DNA from: an uncultured Gammaproteobacteria bacterium
GTDB lineage: Bacteria > Patescibacteriota > Microgenomatia > Daviesbacterales > UBA10151
DNA length: 61,646 nucleotides
Assembly: GCA_964390595.1 (NCBI GenBank)
Contig: CAYMIA010000006.1
Span: 1-61,646, forward strand
Direction: 5' to 3'
Shown: positions 25,769 to 33,944 of the stretch, piece after piece
Layout: each line of letters begins with the position of its first letter
How positions within the stretch are numbered: position 1 is the first letter of the stretch
Translations under genes and position numbers: made by a program
The notes under the pieces: generated by a model
What the model saw: the letters and a program-made list of their open reading frames with translations, nothing else
The model's database searches: none
What the model was told of the DNA's origin: nothing

Positions 25769-27951
25769 GCATTAGAAAAAAAGCCCTCATTATCAATCTC
25801 ATTATCCTGATTATTCTGGCAGTAGTTTTTGTCGCCACAATTAGTCTGCTAATCAACGGATTTGTCAAAGTTGAGGACGCTGAAGCCGGCAAAAATGTCA
25901 AAAGAGCCACCGATGCCCTGAACAACAACGTCGCTGCCCTGGATACTAAGTTGGTTGATTGGTCAGCTTGGGACGATACCTATCAATTTATAACTGATAA
26001 AAATGAAGCTTATCTCAAATCAAATCTGCAGAGCCACTCTCTCGGTTCGCTCAAGATTAACTTGATGATTTTTATTAATCAAAAGGGCGAAATCGTCAAA
26101 ATCAAAAGCATCGACCGGAAAACTGAACAGGATATGCCCTTGCCGCAGGACTTAATAAAAATTATTCAATCAAACAAAAACCTCTTTCACTTTGAAGACG
26201 TCGCTGGGACCGAAAAAGGGCTTTTAACTCTACCCGAGGGAACTTTACTTTTAGCCTCGCGCCCAATTGTAAAAAGTAGCGGAGAAGGTCCAGCCAAAGG
26301 GACATTGATCTTTGCCCGTTACTTAGACCAAGATCTATCAAAGCAGCTCTCTGGGCTAGTTGACTTACCCGTTGTATATGAGCAATTAACCAATCTACCG
26401 CCTGACTTTAAATCTGCTCAGAGCTCATTGTCCTCGCTCGGCCAGCCGTCTGTCACTCAAAAAGTCGGCAACAAATTAATTTTCGGCTATGGATTGATCA
26501 ATGACATTTTAAATAAGCCAGCTTTGATGGTTAGAGTTGAGGCAAATAGGGTAATTTATCAACAAGGAATTCAAAGCATTACCGCTTTTGCCCTAATTTT
26601 TGGAGTGTTCTTTGCTATCTTCAGCTTTATCCGGCAGATGATTCTGGAAACGACAATAATCTCCCGTATTTTTAAGCTTAGAGAGGGAGTCCTGTTTATA
26701 GGCAGCAATAAAAGCTCGAATCAAAGAGTTGAGGTGTCAGGCAAAGATGAGATCTCTGATTTAGCCAATCAGATCAACGCCATGCTCAGTTCAATCGATC
26801 AGACTGAGTTGATTAAAGAGGAAAGAGCCAGGTTAGAGTCTTCGATTAATAGCACTAATTTAGGATTTCTGATGCTTAATACTAAATATCAGATCGTCAA
26901 TATTAATACAGCTGCCAAGAGATTGCTTTATCATTCCAAGATCGATGTCCCAGTTACTAATGCTATTACCAAAGAAACCTTAGATATCGAATTTTCTTTT
27001 GAGGACGTCTTAGAGATTCTAAGACCCAGCATTAACCTAAAAACTCACATCGATGCCAGTCTAAAAGATAACAAACCAGTTGATATTAAAGATGTTAGCT
27101 TTGGCAATAAATTTATTCATCTTTATATCGCGCCAATCATTTTGCTTGAAAACCAAGCTATCAAGGTAATCGGGATAGTCATTGTTATGGAGGATGTAAC
27201 TGAAGAGAAGATCCTTCAACGGTCCAAAGATGAATTTTTTTCAATCGCCTCGCATGAGTTAAGAACTCCTCTGACTGCAATCAGAGGCAACACCGCCCTA
27301 ATTAAACAATATTACCCCCAATTATTCAAAGATCAGTCATTCTCTGAAATGGTCTCAGATATCCATGAATCCAGTATCAGGCTGATCGATATCGTCAACG
27401 ACTTCCTTGATCTATCTAGATTAGAACAGGGCAAGATTCTATTTAAAAAAGAGGTCATAGATCTGCCCCCCATAATCGAGGACACGGTTAAAGAATATCA
27501 AAACGCTGCGGAGGCCAAAAATCTCCAAATTATCTTTAGCAAGCCCTCAACTCCTTTACCCAAAATTTTAGCTGATACGGATAGAGTGAAACAAATTCTG
27601 GTCAATCTAATTGGTAACTCCTTAAAATTTACTAGCAGCGGTAAAATCGATATTTTTATCACAAGTAAATCAAATTATCTAAAAATTAGCGTCCGCGACA
27701 CCGGCCGGGGGATTCCTCCCGAAAATCAAAATCTGCTTTTTAGAAAGTTCCAGCAAGCAGGTAATAGCCTCCTCACCAGGGATAGCACCAAAGGGACTGG
27801 TTTGGGGCTATATATAAGCAGACTGATGGTTGAAGCGATGGGCGGTTCGATTCAGCTTGAGAGTTCCAAAGAAGGCGAAGGGACAACTTTCTCCTTTAGT
27901 TTACCCGTTGCCACGGATAACTTGCAAAGCACTAGGATAAAAAGTATATAA
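25765..27951 (+). CDS. Sensor histidine kinase (CHASE4-like sensor, HAMP, PAS, HisKA, HATPase_c)
   Basis: LVDWSAWDDTYQFI (CHASE4-like); DEISDLANQINAM (HAMP); H-box FFSIASHELRTPLTAIRG; N/G boxes NLIGNSLKFT, RDTGRGIPPE, GTGLGLYISR. Confidence 0.85.
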   Translation: MSIRKKALIINLIILIILAVVFVATISLLINGFVKVEDAEAGKNVKRATDALNNNVAALDTKLVDWSAWDDTYQFITDKNEAYLKSNLQSHSLGSLKINLMIFINQKGEIVKIKSIDRKTEQDMPLPQDLIKIIQSNKNLFHFEDVAGTEKGLLTLPEGTLLLASRPIVKSSGEGPAKGTLIFARYLDQDLSKQLSGLVDLPVVYEQLTNLPPDFKSAQSSLSSLGQPSVTQKVGNKLIFGYGLINDILNKPALMVRVEANRVIYQQGIQSITAFALIFGVFFAIFSFIRQMILETTIISRIFKLREGVLFIGSNKSSNQRVEVSGKDEISDLANQINAMLSSIDQTELIKEERARLESSINSTNLGFLMLNTKYQIVNINTAAKRLLYHSKIDVPVTNAITKETLDIEFSFEDVLEILRPSINLKTHIDASLKDNKPVDIKDVSFGNKFIHLYIAPIILLENQAIKVIGIVIVMEDVTEEKILQRSKDEFFSIASHELRTPLTAIRGNTALIKQYYPQLFKDQSFSEMVSDIHESSIRLIDIVNDFLDLSRLEQGKILFKKEVIDLPPIIEDTVKEYQNAAEAKNLQIIFSKPSTPLPKILADTDRVKQILVNLIGNSLKFTSSGKIDIFITSKSNYLKISVRDTGRGIPPENQNLLFRKFQQAGNSLLTRDSTKGTGLGLYISRLMVEAMGGSIQLESSKEGEGTTFSFSLPVATDNLQSTRIKSI

Positions 27952-27971
27952 TTGCCTTACTAAGGAAAAAT

Positions 27972-28388
27972 ATGTCTAAAGTTTTATTAATTGTTGAAGA
28001 CGATCCATTGATGGCCCGTATGTATCAGAAAATCTTTACCTTTGAGGGTTACGACGTTGATGTCGCTCATGATGGTGAGGAAGGCCTGGAAAAAGCCCGT
28101 CAGGGTAAACCAACCCTAGTTCTGCTGGATATTATGATGCCTAAAATGAATGGGATGGAAGTCCTCCAAAAGCTTAAAGTCGATCCAGATACTAAAGCGA
28201 TTCCGGTCGTAATTTTAACAAATTTAGCTGGACAACAAGACGCTGAAAGTGCCCTCTCCCACGGAGCGGTTAAATATATTATCAAGAGTGAATTCGAACC
28301 CAAACAGATTACCAATATGGTCAAAGAGATCATAGCCGGTTATACCAGAAACGAAGTCCCAGAGTCCTCCAGTAATGGCAAAAAATAA
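27972..28388 (+). CDS. Single-domain (CheY-like) response regulator, receiver only
   Basis: VLLIVEDDPL...LVLLDIMMPKMNG...PVVILTN...KYIIKS, 138 aa with no DNA-binding domain. Confidence 0.85.
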   Translation: MSKVLLIVEDDPLMARMYQKIFTFEGYDVDVAHDGEEGLEKARQGKPTLVLLDIMMPKMNGMEVLQKLKVDPDTKAIPVVILTNLAGQQDAESALSHGAVKYIIKSEFEPKQITNMVKEIIAGYTRNEVPESSSNGKK

Positions 28389-29067
28389 TATGCCCCGCCA
28401 AAGTTCTGCTAAACCAGTCCCTAACATCGGAATTGATAATCCACTAAAAATAGAAGAAAAAATTTCCTCTAAACCTGTACCGGGGGTAAATCCTGACGAA
28501 GCTCTTAAAATCGATCAGATTACTCATAATCAAGATGTCCCAGAAACTAATCTCGATGCTCCTCTGAATATTGAGCGGGAGGCTCAAGAAAGCCGTCCGG
28601 CCGCAAGAGGTAATCAAAAAACTTTCTGGTTTGGATTTTTGTTTGCAGCATTAATAGTTGGGCTAACTATGGCAGGAATATATTTCTACATTAACGTTTA
28701 TTCCCAGGATCAAGTTTCTATAATCAAGACTGTCTCTGTAACTGAACCTAAGAACACTCAACCAGATCTTTCCCAACCAACTATTAACAGAGCTGAATGG
28801 AGCTTTGAAGTTTTGAATGGTTCTGGAATTGCGGGTGCTGCCAAAGACGCTGCCAATAAGCTGATCAACCTAGGCTACAATGTCATTAAGGTTGATAACG
28901 CAGATAAAAATAACTACCGGTCTAATCAATTATTGGTGAGCAAGGACCATTCCGGCAAAGCCCAACTCTTATTTGATGATCTCAAAGATCAATTTAAACT
29001 GGCAACGATCGCGGGTGAGCTTAAAGATTCCACCGCTTCAGCTCAAATAATTATCGGGCGGGATTAG
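28375..29067 (+). CDS. Membrane-anchored LytR_C (LytR/CpsA/Psr C-terminal) domain protein
   Basis: TM helix FWFGFLFAALIVGLTMAGIYFYI. WSFEVLNGSGIAGAAKDAANKLINLGYNVIKVDNAD is LytR_C-like. An alternative start at ATG 28390, just after the RR stop, is equally plausible. Confidence 0.6.
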   Translation: MAKNNMPRQSSAKPVPNIGIDNPLKIEEKISSKPVPGVNPDEALKIDQITHNQDVPETNLDAPLNIEREAQESRPAARGNQKTFWFGFLFAALIVGLTMAGIYFYINVYSQDQVSIIKTVSVTEPKNTQPDLSQPTINRAEWSFEVLNGSGIAGAAKDAANKLINLGYNVIKVDNADKNNYRSNQLLVSKDHSGKAQLLFDDLKDQFKLATIAGELKDSTASAQIIIGRD

Positions 29068-29121
29068 CAATTTCACCCTCTTGAAAAAATTATTAGGGTT
29101 GTGCTAAGGTAGGGAACAGAA

Positions 29122-29826
29122 ATGAACGTTTGGCAAAAAATCATTCCAATTTTTGTAATCCTAACTATTATTGGGGCTGGATCGGCAGGTTACTTCTACC
29201 TCCAATATCAAAAAGCCCAAAAAGAGATTCAAACTATCAAAACTGACCCCAGCACTCTTCAAAAGGCTGCTCAAGAAGAAACCAACCGGTTAATCGCTCA
29301 GGTTGGTAAGTTAATTGAACTGCCAAAAGGTGAACAACCTACAGTCGCGACCATCACTGATATCGATAAGTTAAAAAGCCAGCCTTTCTTCCAACAAGCT
29401 AAAAATGGTAATAAAGTCTTGATCTATACCAACGCCAAAAAAGCCATCCTCTATGATGATAAAACTAATAAAATCATTGATGTTGCTCCGATCAACATTG
29501 GCACACCTTCAGCCCAGCAAGCTCAGCCAGAGCAGCAAGCTAGGGTAGTGATTAGGAATGGTACCACTGTAACTGGTCTGACATCTAAAATTGAAGACAC
29601 TATCAAAAAAGCCTTTCCCCAAGTTGATATAACTGGTAAGGACAACTCCGTCAAGACTGATTATGATAAAACAGTTGTGGTTTACCTTAATGATCAGGCT
29701 AAGGGGGCTGCGGACAGCTTAGCTAAAAGCCTGAATGTGGAGTCAGTTAATAGCTTGCCTCAGGGTGAGCCTAAACCACAAAACACCGACATATTAATCC
29801 TGGTTGGTAAAGACAAGGCCCAATAA
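29122..29826 (+). CDS. Membrane-anchored LytR_C domain protein (second copy)
   Basis: N-terminal TM helix. ARVVIRNGTTVTGLTSKIEDTIKKAFPQVDITGKDN...VVVYLND is LytR_C-like. Confidence 0.55.
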   Translation: MNVWQKIIPIFVILTIIGAGSAGYFYLQYQKAQKEIQTIKTDPSTLQKAAQEETNRLIAQVGKLIELPKGEQPTVATITDIDKLKSQPFFQQAKNGNKVLIYTNAKKAILYDDKTNKIIDVAPINIGTPSAQQAQPEQQARVVIRNGTTVTGLTSKIEDTIKKAFPQVDITGKDNSVKTDYDKTVVVYLNDQAKGAADSLAKSLNVESVNSLPQGEPKPQNTDILILVGKDKAQ

Positions 29827-30182
29827 TCTAAGCAGAACCACAACTAGACTGCTAATCTCCTAAGAACTAATTTGAATAATACAAACTAGATCATTTCAGC
29901 TTCAAATATTATTAAGGCATTGTTAATCACCATATTAAAGACTATATCAAAAAGTACCACTTTATCATCGAGAAGGATCCAAATATCAGCCTAGGATTCA
30001 GCATGCAATAATTCAACAACTTAAGCAACTTCTGCATCTCTTCGTCCGGGCAACTGATTCAGTCTAAGTCCCACTACCAAAGACCACAGAGCCAATGACC
30101 TGGCAGAACTCATTGACTCTTGCGCTAGAACAAATCTCTCTCAATGCCAATTGCATCCCCAGCAATAGTTAGCGAGGCTTCT

Positions 30183-30280
30183 ATCTGAAAGAGAGGCGAA
30201 TGCCTCATCTGAAAGAGAGGCGAATGCCTCATCTGAAAGAGAGGCGAATGCCTTATCTAAAAGGTGAATGTCTCGCCTAA
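30183..30280. repeat. Tandem 24-bp repeat: three good copies plus degenerate copies, each containing the hairpin GAGGC-GAAT-GCCTC
   Basis: ATCTGAAAGAGAGGCGAATGCCTC at 30183-30206 and 30207-30230 are identical. 30231-30254 has 1 mismatch. A degenerate continuation follows (ATCTAAAAGGTGAATGTCTCGCC...). No spacers are present, and stops occur in all frames. Confidence 0.8.
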
Positions 30281-31125
30281 GAGAAGGCAAGTTTCAATTG
30301 AATGCCATAGCGCAATCAACACCCTAGGTGAAATAAGCAAATAAATCTCCTTCTGTTTTTGTTACCAGAAAACTATGGTTTAATTTTGCTGGCCCCTTAA
30401 TTAAAACAGTCTATATTTAAGAGGAAGCGATTAACTGAAAAAGCCTCTTCCTCTATAAATCCAGGAAAAAGCTCTTCTATATTGATAAACTAAATTCACA
30501 AGTCAATAATTTTTGAATTAGAAATATCTTACTATATAAAATACACTCAATTAATATAAATGCATACTATTACAAAACAAAATATATCAATAATTTGATA
30601 GCAGTGCTATCAAAGCAAACTCTAAGCACAGAAAAATATTGACAAGCAAAATGCCCATTTTTTCGGTTGATGCTTTATTTTTTGGTTATTTGGATGATAT
30701 GTTTTACTTTAAAATAATAAGCTAAAATTATCCAGAACTATTTAGGCAAAAAGCAATTTCAAAATTAGAATAAGTCACTAAATTTATTTAACTAAGTTAA
30801 TAATGAACTCAGGTGATTAAGTAAAATTTTTAAGATTTATATTCAAGTAGCTTAAATACTTTTTCATCAACTTATGTTTTAAAATTGAGTATTCACAAAG
30901 GTTTTCACAAATTTTGTTAGGCTCAACTTGAATTATTTAGATATAGATATATTATAAAATGATATAGGAGTTTTATTCTAAAAATTCAATATTTTCAATA
31001 AATGTGCCTAATGCGTTAATTAAAATTAGCTAGTTGATATATTTAGAGATACTTGCTAAAACTCTGTGAAAATCTTAACTTTTCAAGGTAATTACCAACT
31101 ATTTTTGCAGTTTTCACTGAATAAG

Positions 31126-31134
31126 TGGTAAAAT
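31126..31134 (+). promoter_or_regulatory. Extended -10 box TGgTAAAAT, 6 nt upstream of the leuS ATG
   Basis: ataagTGGTAAAATtaatcgATG, with no SD. Confidence 0.4.
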
Positions 31135-31140
31135 TAATCG

Positions 31141-33510
31141 ATGAAAAAATACCAACCCAAAGACATAGAAAAAAAGTGGCAAGATAAATGGGCTGAAGAT
31201 AAGATCTATGAAGTTGATGTAAAGTCAGCGACAGACCCATATTATGTGTTAGTCGAGCTATCCTATTCATCCGGAGATCTTCATATTGGACATTGGTTTA
31301 CCTTTAGCCAGGGTGATGCAGTAGCCAGGTTCAAAAGAATGCAGGGTTATTCAGTCGTTTACCCTAATGGTTTTGATGCCTTTGGTCTTCCCGCAGAGAA
31401 TGCTGCTATTAAAAGAGGGATTCATCCTCAAGATTGGACTTTGTCAAATATAAAAAAAATGAGAGAACAATTTGATACCCTTGGAGCCTCATTTGAATGG
31501 AGGTATACTATGGTCGCATGTGATCCAAAGTATTACAAATGGAATCAATGGATCTTTCTAAAATTATTAGAAAAAGGTTTAGCTTATAAAGGAAAAGTAC
31601 TATCAAACTGGTGTCCTATAGATCAAACTGTATTAGCCAATGAAAATGTCGAAGCAGGTAAATGTTGGAGATGCGGTGCAGAGGTTGTTCAGAAGGAAAT
31701 TGAGCAATGGTTTATTAAAATTACTGACTACGCCGATAGGTTAATTTGGCCTGAGACTCCCAGCGTTGATTGGCCTAAATCTCTCCGCGAAGGCCAAAAT
31801 AATTGGATTGGCAAGAGTGAGGGAACTCTAGTTAAATTTGATTCCGTTGAAGTCTTTACAACCAGAATTGACACTATTTATGGGGCAACTTTTCTAGTTC
31901 TAGCTCCGGAGCATCCTGAGGTTAAAAATTTAACAACCGAAGCTCAAAAAGAGACTGTGGAAAGATATGTTGAAAAAGCTAAAAAGAAAAGTGAGCTTGA
32001 AAGAAAAGAAAATAAAGATAAAACTGGTGTTTTTACCGGCTCAAAAGTTAAGAATCCGTTAAGTGGAGAAGAGGTTCCTGTATGGATTGCAGATTATGTT
32101 CTCCCTGGCTATGGAACAGGGGCAATTATGGCTGTGCCAGCCCATGATGAAAGGGATTTTGAGTTTGCTCAAAAGTTTGATTTAAAAATTGAACAGGTAA
32201 TTGGGTCAAACGATCCGCTCCCTTTTCTTGAAGAAGGTCCATTAATTAACAGTGGAGACTTTAATGATTTAAATTCTTCGGAAGCTCGGGAAAGACTAAC
32301 AAAATATATCGAAGAGCATAATATAGGATCAGAAAAAGTTCAATATCATTTACACGATTGGTCAATTTCAAGACAAAGGTATTGGGGTACACCTGTGCCT
32401 ATAATCCATTGTCCCAAATGTGGCATGGTACCTGTTCCCGAAGCAGACTTACCAGTTGAATTGCCTTATAAGGTCGATTATATGCCCAAAGGCAAACCTC
32501 CTTTGGCTACAGCTGAAGAGTGGGTTAATGTTAAATGTCCCAAATGTGGTGGAGATGCCAAAAGAGAAGCTGAGACTATGGATACGTTTATTGATTCAGC
32601 TTGGTATTTTTTCCGGTATCTTGATCCCAATAACGATCAAGAGATATTTGACCCGACGATTATTAGCAAATGGATGCCTCTTGAGATCTATATTGGTGGG
32701 CCGGAACATACTTTAGGTCATGCATTATATTCCAGATTTATTACTAAGTTTTTCAAAGATATTGGATTAGTTAACTTTGATGAATATGCCAAAAGAAGAA
32801 TCCACCATGGCGTTATTCTAGGTCCAGATGGCGCTAGAATGAGCAAATCTAAAGGTAATGTGGTTAATCCAGACGATCAGGTCAAAGATTATGGAGCAGA
32901 TGCTGTCAGGGTCTATTTAAGCTTTCTAGGCCCTTACGATATAGTTACACCATGGAAAGCCGAAGGTATTAATGGAGTTTATCATTTTCTACAAAGAGTT
33001 TGGGGTTTATCTGAGAAAGTTAAAAAAGCAGAAGTGCCCTCCTCTGAAGACTTAATAATCTTGAATAAAACAGTTCAAAAAATAACTAAAAATTTAGATG
33101 ATCTTAAGTTTAACACTTCAATTGCATCTCTTATGGAATGGTTGAACCATCTTTCCAGGAAGGATTCCATTTCAGAAGTTGAATTTAAAACCTATTTAAA
33201 ACTTTTAGCACCATTTGCTCCACATATGACTGAGGAATTATGGCATGAGCTAGGGGAGAGTGAGTCAATTCATATTCAAAATTGGCCCAAGGTTGATGAA
33301 AAATACCTTGAAGATGATGAAGTAAGTATCGCTATTCAGGTGAACGGTAAGGTCAGAGATCAAATTGTAGTTCAAAAAGAGCTAGTTGAAGACCAGGAGG
33401 CTATTGAGAAGCTAGCACTGGAGAGTCAAAAAGTTCAAAAGTTCTTAAATGGAGCCCAAATTAAGAAAAAAATCTATATCAAAGGCAAAATTTTTAGCAT
33501 AGTATCCTGA
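31141..33510 (+). CDS. leuS: Leucyl-tRNA synthetase
   Basis: KYQPKDIEKKWQDKW, HIGH motif (DLHIGHWF), the CP1 editing region and KMSKS (RMSKSKGN). Confidence 0.95.
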   Translation: MKKYQPKDIEKKWQDKWAEDKIYEVDVKSATDPYYVLVELSYSSGDLHIGHWFTFSQGDAVARFKRMQGYSVVYPNGFDAFGLPAENAAIKRGIHPQDWTLSNIKKMREQFDTLGASFEWRYTMVACDPKYYKWNQWIFLKLLEKGLAYKGKVLSNWCPIDQTVLANENVEAGKCWRCGAEVVQKEIEQWFIKITDYADRLIWPETPSVDWPKSLREGQNNWIGKSEGTLVKFDSVEVFTTRIDTIYGATFLVLAPEHPEVKNLTTEAQKETVERYVEKAKKKSELERKENKDKTGVFTGSKVKNPLSGEEVPVWIADYVLPGYGTGAIMAVPAHDERDFEFAQKFDLKIEQVIGSNDPLPFLEEGPLINSGDFNDLNSSEARERLTKYIEEHNIGSEKVQYHLHDWSISRQRYWGTPVPIIHCPKCGMVPVPEADLPVELPYKVDYMPKGKPPLATAEEWVNVKCPKCGGDAKREAETMDTFIDSAWYFFRYLDPNNDQEIFDPTIISKWMPLEIYIGGPEHTLGHALYSRFITKFFKDIGLVNFDEYAKRRIHHGVILGPDGARMSKSKGNVVNPDDQVKDYGADAVRVYLSFLGPYDIVTPWKAEGINGVYHFLQRVWGLSEKVKKAEVPSSEDLIILNKTVQKITKNLDDLKFNTSIASLMEWLNHLSRKDSISEVEFKTYLKLLAPFAPHMTEELWHELGESESIHIQNWPKVDEKYLEDDEVSIAIQVNGKVRDQIVVQKELVEDQEAIEKLALESQKVQKFLNGAQIKKKIYIKGKIFSIVS

Positions 33511-33866
33511 TAGTATAACCAATTAGCAAATCTAAAATCTAACTGCTAGTACTTAAAAAAATCATTTTAGACTGTTAAGACAACACTTGAGTATTTAGTT
33601 GCTTCTCTTCTTTATCAATTAAGCATAACCTATAAAGATTATACACATTAACCTGTAATGATTTTTCTAAGTTTGTATTGTAATCTTCACTATTTTTCCC
33701 CATCTCCTACTTTTAGCTTCAAAGCTATAAGTCTTAGCTTTAACTTAAGAGTCCAATCTGAATTTGTTAACTGATTAATATTTGGGACAAACCAAAAATA
33801 AGAAATCTACAGATTTTGAAATAACAAATTTGTTAAAATTTGGACCAAAAAATAGCTAACTACTCA

Positions 33867-33896
33867 TTGACAAAGGAACCAATTTTTGTCTAAATT
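33867..33896 (+). promoter_or_regulatory. Candidate sigma-70 promoter TTGACA-N18-TAAATT for the 3025-aa gene
   Basis: TTGACA at 33867-33872 and TAAATT at 33891-33896. Three TTCCTA direct repeats follow at 33911, 33922 and 33933 (11-nt phase) before ATG 33945. Confidence 0.45.
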
Positions 33897-33944
33897 AATG
33901 TGTAGATTATTTCCTAACTTTTTCCTAGGATTTTCCTAAGTATT

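Noticed and set aside
30183-30280. Possible CRISPR array
   Set aside because: The repeats are directly adjacent with no spacers. There are only about 3-5 units, and no cas genes are in the window.
29827-31140. Chromosomal replication origin (oriC)
   Set aside because: Only near-matches to DnaA boxes are present. There is no dnaA or dnaN nearby, and flanking genes on both sides are co-directional instead of diverging. This is kept only as a low-probability alternative in the findings.
31043-31270. 75-aa minus-strand ORF overlapping the leuS start
   Set aside because: It overlaps the strongly supported leuS N-terminus and its promoter. No motif is recognisable.
33709-33742. Overlapping alternative hairpins TAGCTT-CA-AAGCTA and AAGCTA-N7-TAGCTTT downstream of leuS
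   Set aside because: The stems are short and AT-rich with no U-tract. This is too weak to call a terminator or attenuator without expression data.
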